Below are positions 39,813-53,254 of a stretch of 64,000 nucleotides of DNA, piece after piece. Origin of the DNA: Squalus acanthias. Its lineage: Eukaryota. Position 1 is the stretch's first letter, and every line of letters begins with the position of its first letter. Made by a program: the position numbers and the translations under genes. Under the pieces are notes generated by a model. The model was not told the origin of the DNA. It searched no databases and saw only the letters and a list, made by a program, of their open reading frames with translations. The stretch lies in assembly GCA_030390025.1 (NCBI GenBank), contig CM059427.1, forward strand, positions 99,138,001-99,202,000. The letters are read 5' to 3'.

Positions 39813-41744
39813 CAACATACTTGCGCGCTCGCGCTCCCTCGCTCACCTCACGCTCCCTCGCTCACCTCGCGCTCCCTCGCACTCCCTCACTTACCTCACC
39901 TGCTGTTAATCGGCCAACTGTGACTATGTAGAAAAGAGTGTTGTGCTGAGGTCAAAAATAAGCATGATACTTTTTATCTCCTAGTGCTTTGCCTTTATTA
40001 GAGATGTACATTTTTGTGTGACTGAAATTAAAAGTAGTACTGTGAAATTTCTTGAATGTTAGGATCCATTTATTTGCCAGCCATAATTCTGATCAGTAGA
40101 TGAGTCACCTTGGACCCCACTGCTTGAATTGTATATCTTGAGGAATTTGCACAATTCCAATTTCTATTCCATTAGATGATAGAATTTAATAGTACTGAAG
40201 GAGGCTATTTGATTTGGTTGGCATTTCTGCACATAAACTTGTGTTTTTTTTTACATGTCCATTTTTCAAACAATTTTTTGTTCCTCTGAGTTCCATTCGT
40301 CCTTTCAAAGACCGTAGCCTAATAATGCTGGAATGGATTAGGAGTGGATCTCCAAGGCCTCATACATTAAAGTATAATTAGAAGCACGCTGTATCTGTCT
40401 GCTTGACAGTACGAGAGACAAAGAGCTGCCCCCAGATTGAGCACTTAGTAAGATGGAGTAGGCAGTACCGGTGATGCCCAAGAACAATGGTGGCAATATA
40501 TCCAGGTGTAAAGTGAGAGGAATGTTAACGGCAGGGGTTGCACACACAGGCCTGTACAGTACAGCTGAACCAGAAGGTGGAGAGCAGTGCCTGCCTTTAG
40601 GTGATTCCTTCGGACAGTTCGTATCTTTTCCTTGTGGCTTTTTGTTTAACAGAAAAGTTGAATTTTTGTGTAAAGTCCCTCTGCATCTGGCTCCAGTCAA
40701 TCTGCACTTGGTTTATTTTTGTCACGATGATTTAACGTCGCTTTGTCATGGTTTCCATTATATTCTGATGGAGCGGGGGTGAGAGGAAGAATACAAATTA
40801 AACTGAGACCTGTGGTTTCCAAATCCTGTGGTTCAGCCCCAACAAAAGCCTGAAAATAAGTTAGCTGGGTTCGAAATATAGATTTTAGGCCACAATTATC
40901 AGCTACTTGAGGCAGTTACTGATTTTTTAAAAGTAATGCAATCCAACAAATCTGGTGCAGCATTCCAAATAATACAGGACTGTATGTGCCTTAACCAAAT
41001 GCAGTTTCAATGAATAGTCTTTGGTTGGATTAACTTCAGTATATAATGTGTTTATTTCTTTATCCTCCTCTTTATGCGCCACGCACGATTCCTCAGGTTA
41101 CCCCAGTATCGAGCTGTGTGGCCATGAGAAACTGTATATGAGCAGTCTAGGTTACCCTCTCTCTCCCGCCCCAAATGATACTGTACATAAACCTAGTGTA
41201 GTACTTGGCTCTAGCAGTACTCCTGGTGCTCTAGTACTTTCACAGTTGTGAGGGTTGAACTCATGTCCTCTGTCTCAGTATGAACGACTGAAAAATGCAC
41301 AAAATCAGAATGGCAGCACCACGTATAATTTATAAAAAGGCCTACTAACAAGTTCAAAAGGCACAGTTGATTTTAATAATCTCAAAGGATCTTTGTGCAG
41401 GATGTATCTGTAACCCTTGCCCTTACAAGGGAGTCTTTTCCCACTAAAGTGATATTAACTTCAAAGAAATGCTTATTTTTTTGAATAAATATCTCTTGCA
41501 AGGGTGAAAGGTTATCCTTTCTGACCAGTACTGTTCTTTAGCTGAAATATATTGATGTAGATGAGATGAAAGTTGGCTTTGTGTTGTGCAGATGCCAGCG
41601 ATCTCTTGCAGTCAAGAAGCTGATGTGCCGGAGCAATGTAGAAAAGGTGTATTAGTGCACATGGAGAGGGCAGGAATGTATCTGGTTGTGTGCTGATTAT
41701 GGTTGTATATGGAATTTGTGTAAATTACTTTTGTATTCATCAAG

Positions 41745-42025
41745 GTATGGTTTTAAGGTAATTGGCAAAAGAACCAGAGGGGAGGTGAGGAGAATTTTTT
41801 TACACAGCGAGTTGTTATGATCTAGAATGCATGGCCTGAAAGGGTGGTGGAAGCAGATTCAATAGTAACTTTCAAAAGAGAATTGGATATATACTTGAAA
41901 AGGAAAAATTGGCAGGGCTATGAGGAAAGTGCAGGGGAGTGGGACTAATTTGGATAGCTCTTTCAAAGAGCTGGCACAGGCACGATGGGCCGAATGGCCT
42001 CCTTCTATGTTGTAAGATTCTAAGT
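41745..42025 (+). mobile_element. CR1 LINE 3' fragment
   Basis: GAGGAGAATTTTTTTACACAGCGAGTTG...GATGGGCCGAATGGCCTCCTTCT. Confidence 0.85.
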
Positions 42026-42039
42026 GTCCTATTGCCGGG

Positions 42040-42425
42040 GAATTACATTTCAGACACCCTGGCTAGATACAGCAAGTTAGATGGAGGTTTTAAAGCTCCC
42101 TCTTCTCCTTCCCAACAATGTGCTTTTAGTCTCAACCTCAGAAGAACATCTTCGTACAACACTCGTGTAGCATTATTCCATTTCCCACACCAGCCATCCT
42201 GTACTTTTACTGAATGAGATTGACAGTATGTGGAGAATTGGGGTCTGTTTTGTACTCTGGGCCCATGAACGCTAGAAACTGGATTAACACTGTCCAAACT
42301 CATTTTACATAGGGCCCTAATATCCAGCAGACACACGAGATACTGTCCCATCAGACTGGAATGAATCTAAACCCAGGTCCCAGAGGGTACAAAGTCCGTG
42401 TCTAACCTGATCTATCACTCAGTCC
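42040..42425 (-). mobile_element. LF-SINE-like SINE copy
   Basis: Reverse complement GGTTAGACAC...GACCTGGGTTTAGATT...GGCCCTATGTAAAATGAGTTTGGACAG...TCCAGTTTCTAG. Confidence 0.55.
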
Positions 42426-42539
42426 TTGCAATTTCCCTTTTAAAGCATTGTATATGTTATTTCTAAAGCCTGCAGTAATTACATTAAAAAAGTGTATGAT
42501 ATCCCTCTATGAATGTCACTAGAATAAACAGAAACTATT

Positions 42540-43304
42540 GGCCCGAAAATTAAACCTAATACGCGAGAGTACGCACTGTGTACTCTCGCGTATTAGGTCC
42601 CGAATTGCCGGTTTCCTGCATGCACTGCGCATGCGCGGGAAACCGGCACTTCGTGTATTGCAAAGGGGGCGGTTCCTAAGTGAACCGCGTGCGCACTACA
42701 GGTTGTGCGCACGCAGTGCACTTAGTTTTTTTTTCAGGTTTGAACGCGCAGGTAAGTGGTGAAGATTTTACACATAAAGAAAGCAGGCGTAAGACCCCCT
42801 TTTAACAAGGTAAGTAGTTAATTAAGTGTTATTTTAATTTTTTTTCAACAGGTTTATCTTTTTTAGAGACTTTAAAGAAAGGTAAGTTTATTTTTATAAC
42901 TTTTAAAAAGATTTAAAAAATTTTCAAAAATTTAATTTTTTGTTTAAAGTGGTTAATTTATTTAACTATAGTAATTTTATTAATGTGATGGCTTTTTTTT
43001 TTAATTTAATTGAGGTTTAGCTGTTCTTTTGGGGGCTTGTAGTATTCATAGCTTTGACAGCCCTTGCTGTCAAAACTATGAATGAAAGATGGTGTGCTGC
43101 CATTGGCTCTAACTGAATCACGTGATCCCAGAGCTCGCACGAACTAATTGCGCCTATAGGACACGCAAGCACTGCACGCTGGCAACAGGGAGAGGCCCTG
43201 AAACTGAAGTTCGTGTGGGCCCGAAACAAAAAGGTAGGCGCAGAGTGCGATATCGCGGGGAATCCTTACCCCCGCGGGAACCATCGATGTTTAATTTCTG
43301 GGCC
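42540..43304. mobile_element. PIF/Harbinger-like MITE, 765 bp
   Basis: TIRs GGCCCGAAAATTAAAC / GTTTAATTTCTGGGCC (14/16 match), 3-bp TSD ATT, subterminal palindromes and an AT-rich core. Confidence 0.85.
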
Positions 43305-44582
43305 ATTGTGTTTCAGGTGTCTTTGCCTGCTTTGCTGTGGATAGGATCTAGCCTAGGTATCTGTTATTTTATGAGATGTTTGAGTTAAAGTTATCTTTAA
43401 AGGGGTTAGTTTCTCAGGATTGCTCCATGATGGATTGGGAATCTAAAGTCAGAAGAAAGGTGGTTAATATGCCAATTGGATGTTTTTGCTTAGCTACTCA
43501 ACAATAAGTAATTCAGTCGCTTGTCTTTGCAAGAAATAAATATATTCCAGCCATTGTGTTGGGAGAGCTTTGATCTCCTGTGGACTGCTGCAGAACACAC
43601 ACACCAAGGAGAACAGCCTGTTTTTTGGAAATAAGGCTACAGAGGCAGTTAAACAACAAGAGGCTGCGAAGAGTGGTTCTGCCCCGCACTGCAGGACAGA
43701 AAGCAGAGACATTATTCTGTATAAGTTAAGTAAGTCCCCACTTGAGTGGGAAAGTGTGTGTTCATTATTTTGTATTATTACATGAATATAAGATGTACTG
43801 GTTGAGCCAAGTGACCCTGGTCATTGCTATTGTTTTCTATGTTACACCCTACGATGGCATAAAGCAGCTTACAATTCAAATAAGACTTTGCCTCGTTTAG
43901 TGATGACTGGAGCTGCTTTCGGAGAGATTCAAGAACCACATGTGAAGGCAGCAGATCCAGTCCCGATCAGGAGCGAATTTCATTGTAACACTCCTGGGTC
44001 CTGCTACTGTACAAGCAGATGCTGGGCAACTCCCATAAAAGTGAGGCGCTCACACTGCTAATGAGAGCAACAGTGGCAACACTGAGCTCAGATTAAAATA
44101 GGCCCTTCCCTGGGACAAGGGCACAATTTGTTGCTTTTAGCCATGTTGGTTTTTTGCCGTGAGCCAATGTTTGGTCATACTGCCGATTTGAATCTGGAAA
44201 TGTCCATTTTGGATTTGCCCAATTCTGATAGACCTGCCAATAACTTGACATTATGCACAAGAAACTGATCTACTCTACACTCTGTCCTGGTTCTTTAAAT
44301 ATATTACCAAAATGCTGACCTCATCCAAAATTGCTTTTCCCCAAAACAAAGTTAGTTCCTTAACAAAACAGCAGGATTAAGGATGTAAACATTCCACATT
44401 CTCTTAGGATGAAGCCACCACTGTAGCCCTGAATTACTGCCATTGCTAGTTTCCACATTTCTCTGAAATGACCAGGAACTGATCCAGTTACTGTTATTCC
44501 TTGGAAACTGACAGTGTGGGAGGGTCTTTTGCAATCCTCCTATTTACAACCTAATTAGATGGAGAAAAATTAAGTTGTGCTC

Positions 44583-44840
44583 CGACAAGAGCAGCAGGCG
44601 CATGGGAACACCACCATCTCCAAGTCACACACCATCCTGACTTGGAAATATATCGCCGTTCCTTCATCGTCGCTGGGCCAAAATCCTGAAACTCCCTCCC
44701 TAACAGCACTGTGGGAGTACCTTCACCACATGGACTGCAGCGGTTCAAGAAGGCAGCTCACCACCACCTTCTCGAGGGCAATTAGGGATGGGCAATAAAT
44801 GCTGGCCTTGCACCCACATCCCATGAATGAATTAAAGAAA
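44583..44840 (+). mobile_element. LINE 3' end (same family as 7884-8860)
   Basis: Near-identical to 8590-8850. Confidence 0.9.
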
Positions 44841-45634
44841 ACATTTGAACTTAACATTTTTAAAATATATAAAAGCAAGTGGGTCATTAATTCTGCTGAC
44901 TGTTCACAACATGTCTGTTACAACTGCAAGTTAGCTTGAGAGAAGACACTTCTGTATAACTTTCTTTGATGTGAAGACATGAAGTTTCTGCTCCAGTAAC
45001 ATGATGGGAACTGTGGGAAGCATTCCCATTCATGATCGCCCAGACTTTTCCGTTCAGAACCTGGGCTCATGCTGCTTTATTTGGTACAGTACGTCTAAGT
45101 AGATGTGTCTGAATTGGCCCAAACAGAGATCTATTATGTACTTTTCTGTACAGCTTTATTCATAATTGTGTGCAAGATCATCTCATCGGTTGGTTTCACT
45201 CAACATTTTGAAATGTGCGGGGAAAGAAACAAGCTTCCTGAAGGTTTATTTTCAGGTCAACACTGGACTTCATGAGCATGAAAAACATTTTCCAGTGCCT
45301 ACTACATCTGTTGACTTCATGTTTACCAAGAGCAAATGAGTTAAACAGACAACAAAAATCTATTTTTTTTCCTCCTTCCCATGTGCCTGACAGCATGGCA
45401 TTATTGCAATTTCAGGTGCGAGTCTGTTTTCCGCCTCCTTATCCTAAAAACAAAATGTATGCAGTAAGTCCCGTGTTAATGCGTTGTCTGTGTCACTTGT
45501 CAGGATGTCAAAATGAGTAAGATGTTCACATTTTGTATTACTTTGTCGAAGCTGAAGTGCATGGTAGCAAGTCTGGCCACATCTTTGCTGGGGATAGCTG
45601 CCAAAAAGTAAAATAATGGAATTCGGATGAAAGC

Positions 45635-45828
45635 NNNNNNNNNNNNNNNNNNNNNNNNNNNNNNNNNNNNNNNNNNNNNNNNNNNNNNNNNNNNNNNNNN
45701 NNNNNNNNNNNNNNNNNNNNNNNNNNNNNNNNNNNNNNNNNNNNNNNNNNNNNNNNNNNNNNNNNNNNNNNNNNNNNNNNNNNNNNNNNNNNNNNNNNNN
45801 NNNNNNNNNNNNNNNNNNNNNNNNNNNN
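45635..45828. other. Assembly gap (194 N)
   Basis: Run of N. Confidence 1.
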
Positions 45829-46799
45829 CCTACCATTAACCGAGTGATTTTCAGTGAGCTCACTCTGATTTTAATTATTTCAAAACTATTTGTCGATTAG
45901 TCCAGGTTAGATTTAATTCAGAAGGTTTAAAAGCACCACTTGCAACAGAGTGGAGAATCCTAACTGCCTATGAAGTTATGATGATGCCTTTATTGAAAAC
46001 TGAACAGAATTTGGAGATCAAAACACTGAACTGACAGGAGGATGAGAGAACCAATACAAATCAGAACTGGTTATTTAAAACAAAAATAACTGACAACGGA
46101 TTCAACTGACCACTGACGATTAAGCAGGGCTTCAATCCTCCCCCCACCAATCCCATTCCCAGACACGACTGATCCCAGAGACCAAGAAAAATGAGTTACC
46201 TTGACTCTGACCTGCATTGCTCCATGTGCGAGCACAGTCACATCAGAAACTTGCCTGTGTCAGTGCACTCCTTTTGCAAGCACTGTGCAATCAAAATGTA
46301 CAGCGGTTTTGTAAAATATATACATCAGTGTACACACTCCAGAACTCAGTTTAAAAATAAAACTACAGGGAAATTACTGGAACTCTGCCCAAAGGCATGA
46401 CCATTCTATGTGCAAGTTATATCCCTCAATAGGTAACTGAACAAAACCAGTGACAGGCACAGATCATACATCTCTCAATCTACCTTACAACAGTGACTAC
46501 ACTTAAAAAAAAAGTACTTCATTGGCTGTAAAGCGCTTTGGGACGTCTCGATCATGAAAGGCACCATATAAATACAAGTTCTTTCATTTTACCTAAAGAT
46601 TCTTAACTCCTATTTAGAGTGGGTGTATTGATTATACTTTTTCTCCGTGATAAATCTCTCCCGGATCATGAGCTATAACTGTGCCCTGTTGTTCTTTGAA
46701 ATGATGCTGTCAGATGTTTCACAATATTGCATGGTGCTGTATTAGCTCACATGTTTTAGAATTTCCATAAATGTGGAGGAGGGGGCAAGGTGAGAAAAT

Positions 46800-47330
46800 A
46801 CAGCACCTTAACCAGAGAAACTATCTGGAGAGCATAGGAGTTTTTTAATTGTCTATATGGAGGCATAGGAAAAGTAAGGAGGTAATGTTGAATTTGTGCA
46901 AGATCTGAGTTGGACTGCAATTGGAGTGTTGTGTACAGTTTTGCGTACCCTGTTATAATAAGGATGCAATAGCAATGTAAAAGGTGTAGCGCAGTTTATC
47001 TAGGATGTTACCAGGGATACGGGATTACAGTTATGAAGAGACTTGGTGCTTTTTCTCTATAATTAATATAATTAAGCAGCGACCTGAGTTCAAGATTCTG
47101 AAAAGTTATGACAAGGTGATAACTGTTGCCAATGGTCAATGAGATAACAGGAAGGCACCAAATTATGATAATCACACAAATAATTGAATGAGAGTTTTTG
47201 AAAAAAATTCTTCATACTGAGGCTGTAATGTTCTGTAATTCTGTACAGATTATGCCAGAAATTTTTATAATCATAAAATGTATCTTGTACATCCACGTTT
47301 GGAATTGTTGTGGATGTGAAGTAGGTAATA
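46800..47330 (+). mobile_element. Decayed CR1 LINE fragment
   Basis: TTGGAGTGTTGTGTACAGTTTT (LEYCVQF-like), GATTACAGTTATGAAGAGA and AAATTCTTCATACTGAGG. Confidence 0.6.
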
Positions 47331-47394
47331 TGATCCTAGGAGTGAGTTCCAACGGTGTTGGTCTCCCATCAACAGGAGGTTTGTTCATCGCAAT

Positions 47395-47605
47395 GCAACA
47401 ACAACTTGCATTTATATATCGTCTTTAATGTAGTAAAACGTCCCAAGGCACTTCACAGGAGTGTAGTCAGACAAAATTTGACAATGAGCCACATAAGGAG
47501 ATATTAGGACAGGTGGCCAAAAGCTTGGTTAAAGAGGTAGGTTTTAAGTAGTGTCTTAAATGAGGAAAGAGAGGCGGAGAGGTTTAGGGAGGGTATTTCA
47601 GAGCG
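47395..47605 (-). mobile_element. L2 LINE 3' tail
   Basis: CAACAACTTGCATTTATAT...AAACGTCCCAAGGC...AGAGGTAGGTTTTAAG. Confidence 0.85.
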
Positions 47606-47804
47606 ATGGGGAAAACTGGGTAATTATCAACTGTAGAATTGGAACAAAATAAATTATATGAACAATTTAAACTGGGCTAATCTGGTAGCTTTGTGAGAAG
47701 TAGAACTTGTGATGTAGTGCGTACAGGAAGATTACTGATTCTCTCCTTGGTCTGCATTGAATTTGCTTATTCCAGATGGGGAACGACAGTAGCCAATGAT
47801 ATTT

Positions 47805-47965
47805 TAATTCATTCTTGGGATGTGGGCGTCGCTGGCAAGGCCAGCATTTATTGCCCATCCCTAGTTGCCCTGAGATGGTGGTGGTGAGTTTCTTCTTGAA
47901 CTGTTGCAGTCCGTGTGGTGAAGGTACTCCCACAGTGCTGTTCGGGAAGGAGTCCCAGGATTCTG
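47805..47965 (-). mobile_element. LINE 3' end (family of 7884-8860)
   Basis: GCCAGCATTTATTGCCCATCCCTA...GAAGGTACTCCCACAGTGCTG. Confidence 0.85.
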
Positions 47966-48799
47966 GCCTCATTGTGCCTAAAATATGTGGTTCTATTCTG
48001 GAACTTGAACACAGCTGGCCTAAGCAAGATTTCCACCCCCATTTAGAGAAATTCTCATTCAAATTTGATTTGCTGCTCTTTGCAGTAAGAATCCAGCAAT
48101 ATTCTCATGTGTAAATGGCATGAGATCAATTTGTTTAAATACAGCTCAAGATGGAGAGCATTTGTGATGTTATACCACTATTGTTGGAAAATAATAGCTA
48201 TCGTTATGTAATGATCTGGGATTCTTCGTAAACCTCAATCATTTTCAAGGTGGTTTTATTTTATTCTGAATTAATATCTTTTGAGCATGGCTTCTGATCC
48301 TTTCTGTTTTAACGATTTTATGATGCTTGGGAGCTGGGGCGGAGTTGATCAGAAATTCAAATTCAGTTACCATGGTATCCATGATATTAAAGGTTGCTTT
48401 AAACAGTAACAGGTTAATAAATAGGGTGAAATGAAGAGACACTTCAATTAGCACCTCTTCATGCGCTTGGCGTGGCTCAAAGTAAGCCTATGGCTGATCC
48501 CATGCTGGGAAGGCGTCCTGGACCCTCTGCATGTCTGATGAGCACAGTTGGGTCTCAGTGGGAAACAAAAGCTGCACAGAGTTAGCGGTCGGGATGAGAG
48601 AGACCTTCAGGCAAAAAAACAAAATCTTATCTTGAGCCTTTGCACCAACATCCGAGTCACGTGAATATGCCGTGTCGCTCGTCCGATGGCCAGTCTTATC
48701 GAAAAACCTACTGAAGGCAGCCTGAATGTTTCTGAAGATTTGAGAGAAGTGAGGTTTGTGATGATGAAAGCATATGTGTTGAGTTTGCCAAACTGTACA

Positions 48800-48813
48800 G
48801 TTGCCATGGTAAC
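48800..48813. promoter_or_regulatory. RFX X-box motif
   Basis: GTTGCCATGGTAAC, a near-perfect X-box palindrome in apparently unique sequence. Confidence 0.4.
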
Positions 48814-49762
48814 ATACTTGCTAATGACTTGCCTTTGAAAACGGCTGAGATTTAAGTGTCTGTAGGCGAGCTGTGCACAATTTGCCCTGACTTATAACAC
48901 TGCAGAATAATGTTTCATGAGCTTACACATGATTATTTATTTTTAGCCAGGTACCATGTCACCAGCTAGTTGAGTCAACCACTTCTCTATTTGGCTAATC
49001 CTGCACTAGAGTTTATAGATTTAATTGGGATTTTTGAAATAGCACACTTAATGAATACAATGTGTCCTTATGGGTGGACAGAATAATTTGGCACCTAATA
49101 TTTCCCTTGGTTGGGCTGGCTCCGATTCATTTTGTTTTGAACAGTGGTTTTCAAAACTTGTGTGTGAGGAAACCTTTACTGACGCACTCCCTTGGAACCC
49201 CATCCCTAACTTCCAAATGGCAAGGTCAGTTACGCAAGAGAAAAACAGTGCTATCATTGCAAAAATGTTTTTTTAATTAATATGCAGCAACAGAAAAATA
49301 TTGCTCGTAACCAAAAATATACAGATATCTGAAGACCTCTTGGGGCCCAGGAAACTCGGTTTGAAAACCTGTGGGTTTTTTTTAAAGCCAAGCCAGGGTT
49401 GGCATTTAATGTACTTAGTATAAAAATCATACATTTTGCCGATTTTTACAAGATGGCTGTCACTCTTGCCGAGACAAAGCCTACAGAGTATTGGGATGTT
49501 GCAGCACACCAACAAAGGCACCAGTATTTATTTGACTGCGTACTATTTTCATATGCCTTGAGCAGTAGAATGCCGCCAAATTCTAGTCTTCGTGGTATTT
49601 CTAATTATGCTTTTACGTGCTGCTACTCGAGAACTTCAAAACCAAACATAGTTCTTTCATTTATTTATCAATTCACATATTTTTCAAGATATTTCTTCCC
49701 ACTCGGGTTTATTTTGTGCATACACTGTTTCACAGATATGTGAAATATATATGACAGGTACT

Positions 49763-50205
49763 TGTCAGCCGTGGCTCAGTGGGTAGCATTCTCGCTTCCT
49801 GAGTCAGAAGGTTCTGGGTTCAAGTCCCACTCCACAGACGTGAGCACATACTGTGAGTCAGCTGTCACTCCAGTGCAGTACTGAGGGAGTGCTGCACTAT
49901 TGGAGGTGCCGTCTTTCAGATGCGATGTTAAACCGAGGCCCTGTTTGCCTCTCAGGTAAAAGATCCTATGACACTATTTTGAAGAAGAGCAGGGGAGTTC
50001 TCCTGGTGTCCTGGCCAATATTTATCTTTCAAAGCAGAATATCTGGTCATTATCACATTGCTGTTTTTGGGAGCATGCTGTGCGCAAATTGGCTGCTGCT
50101 TTTCCAAAATTAAAACAGTGACTACACTCCAAAAGCACTGTAAAGTGCTTTGGGGAGTCCTGAGGTTATGAAAGGCGCTGTAGAAATGCAAGTTCTTTTT
50201 TTTTT
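49763..50205 (+). mobile_element. Full-length SacSINE1-like SINE
   Basis: GTCAGCCGTGGCTCAGTGGGTAGC...GGTTCAAGTCCC, followed by the Deu core and an L2-like tail. Confidence 0.87.
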
Positions 50206-52493
50206 CTGTGACCTATTCCAATGTCTCTGCTGGTCTTCAACCAGATATATGTAACCAAAGCCTAACAATGTAGAAACCATCTTCTCTCTACCTCCATTTC
50301 ACCCTACTCTCAATAGCCTTGGCTGAGATACAAATTTGCTTTGCAGGTAATCACGGGCATATTGTGGCTCTGAACATTGAGGCATTAATATGCGACCTAC
50401 ATTAACATACACCACTATGTCTCCCTTTCGTGAGCTGGGTTTTGCAGCCACACTCTGACCTAGAGCACGGCGATGTACCATTCTGGCCCTTGACGATGGG
50501 CTCCAACTGGCAATCTGCAGTTTTTGACCTTGGAGAACCTTATATTAATGTTCATTTGGGGACTTTGTACATAGTCTACAGCAACACAAACTGGGAAATG
50601 TGTCTAGGAAAATGGATCCCATTGATTAAGGACATATTTTTTTTTTAAATTGTAGCAAAGTTTTCAATTTAAATTCGATTTATAATATACATTATATAAT
50701 GACATGGTAAAAATTGGTCTTTATGGTGTAGAATAGCCTTGCAATTCAGTATCTAGTCACAATGTAGGATTAAGGCCTGAGGCAATAAAAAGAATTTTCC
50801 TTACCCCCCTCCCTATTCTCAGTCCTTCAGCATGATGACAAACCTTCTTTCACAAAATGTATAGGACAATAGGCTCTTCTCTCGAGACAATCTGTGGTTT
50901 ATTAAATGTGTAGCTCTTTGCTCTAACACAAGAGCTTATTTTTGGTTTGGAGATCAGATTTTTACTTTGCAGTCCCAGTATTAAAGACTGGGCATGTTGA
51001 GGTAATGTTTGAACCTGTTTTGAAACACCCAACATTTGGCAAAGTTATTCTTGATATACTTTATGAAATTCAATCGAGATGCATTACAATTCTACTTTTG
51101 CATATGTATAAATGTGCTTTTTGATTTGTAAATCCTTATTAACTGCAGTGGGAATATATCTGCACTGTCCTGTTGTGTAGGTAAGGCATGCATCACACAT
51201 ACAACACTGATTTTGCTGTGCACAGTCTTAGCCTGTCATTGTTTGGCTCAGTGGCTTGCTGTCATTGCCATGTAGATGTAACATTGTGCCAGTTACTACC
51301 TAGCACTGCACTGCACTAGAGCCAGCAACTTTCCAAGATTGTATTTGGGCCACGAGAAAGCAGATGTTCTTCAAATCTCTTGTGTATGAGCCAGCTCCAT
51401 GTAACAGTCCTGGGATTTTTACAGATCTAGTTAGAAGGAAGATTGTTGTGAAACATTGAGAATGGATGCCTGCCCAGTGGCCACAAAGTGTGCATTTAAC
51501 TACATTGCACATTTTGAATTATGAAAATATTACAACGGCAATGACAGTCTTATCGGCATTGGCCTATTAGTCCACTAATAGAAACCTTGTGCAAACGCAG
51601 TCTTTCTGTATGCACATGTAAAAAAAAAAAGGTCGTATTAGTTTACAGATCGGCTTTAATCTAGCGCATTTCTGATGGCTGCATAATCTTCTGGCACAGT
51701 GATTAGTAAACGTGATTTAACTCTGATTGACGGACCTGGGTTGCTAATACTGAAACGTTCTTTACCTAGCACTTTTATAGTAAAAGTTGCTTAGGGTAGC
51801 CACTGATAGAATAATTTGGTGGTTGTGATAATTTTCAAAATAAAACCCATTTTTGAAAATTTGAAATTATATTTTCTTTCTGTGTATGCAGTAAGCTCAT
51901 CATGCAGGTGGCGTGAAAGAGTTTGGGTCTCTTGATGGCGACCTGCAGTATGGTAAAATTTGGTTAGTTGATGTAATAAATTTACCATCTTTATTCTGCG
52001 TTCATTTCAACTCATAATCAAGTGCTAGCATGCAGCTTAAAGGCATTCATTGCTAGTTGAAGTAGGTTAAATTGATAGATCACTGGTGCGATCACATTTA
52101 AAACACGGCAATTTTGGGCACCTTTCCTTCAGAAAAATGTTGTTGCAAGGATGATTCTTGGACTTAGACTCTTAAGTTATGAGAAAAGACACAGAACAGA
52201 ACTGGTTTTTGTTCGAAAAAAATTGAGGGGGCAGTATCCAGGTCTTTAAAGAGATGAGAGATTGGAAATTTCGTGAAAGAAGCTTATTTACCTTAGATTG
52301 TCCGTGTAGGACTAGAGGTCACAAGTGAAAAATTAACAAACTTCAAGTAAGATTCAAGATTAGAAGCACATTTTTTTCCTTGCTGGATATATGGAACAGA
52401 TTCTGAGTAAGAGTAACTAATATGCCACTTAACAAATTAAAAAATAAAATAAAACTGGGTGGTTAGCTGGTTAGGAATGGAATTGAAGGTTAT

Positions 52494-53215
52494 GGGGTCG
52501 AGTTTACGCTAGTAATATCAGCATAATCCAGGCAGAATCAGCCGAACCAGCGCAAAGATTGGGGAATTTTAAACTTAAGTGAGTTGCATCCCAAACCACT
52601 AACGTTGGTGTTTTCCACTATCTTTTCTGCTGGTTGAAGATTCAGTTTGCTGGATCAGGCCCTGTCCACAAAACTGGCCATGCCCCCAGGCCAACATTGC
52701 GAGATTCTGCCGATTGCGCTGGATTGGAAAGGCGCTTCAAATTACGCACATTTACATCGGCACACAGGCACTAGTAGGCAGGTTTTAAAAGTTTATTCAT
52801 ATCAAAAAATATTTAATGTACTAAGAAACTGACTAGTAATGAACGTAGTAACTGGTCCAGTATAGTTTTTTTTAAGTCTTTTCAGTGATTTTTAAATCAG
52901 GCTACTCAGGTGGAGGTCTGGACACTTTTTAAATTAAAAATGCTTAGTTTTTGTGAAAAACCAATTTCAACTGTATTGATAAAACTGCACCAGGTTACCA
53001 CTCTTAAATACATCAAGGAATAATGTTTAAATGCAAAGTAAAACAAATAAAAAATAAACAATTCCGTTCTATTACGCTGCCCGATTGCATTGTTCATGGA
53101 AGATTTTACGTTTGTGATTATGAAAATCATTTTTATTGGAAACTTAAACTGTAACCTAATCAGCGCAATTTTGGGCACAATTTCCCGATTATGCCCAAAG
53201 CGGAAACTTTAAACT
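52494..53215. mobile_element. Harbinger-like MITE, same family as 56279-57024 in opposite orientation
   Basis: Degenerate TIRs GGGGTCGAGTTTACGCT / AGCGGAAACTTTAAACT. The end AGCGCAATTTTGGGCACAAT...GCCCAAAGCGGAAACT is the reverse complement of 56286-56345. Confidence 0.65.
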
Positions 53216-53254
53216 AATAGAGATGATTAAATATTTCGTAGAGGATAATGGTTT

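Noticed and set aside
45444-45863. ORFs spanning the N run
   Set aside because: Artefacts of the assembly gap.
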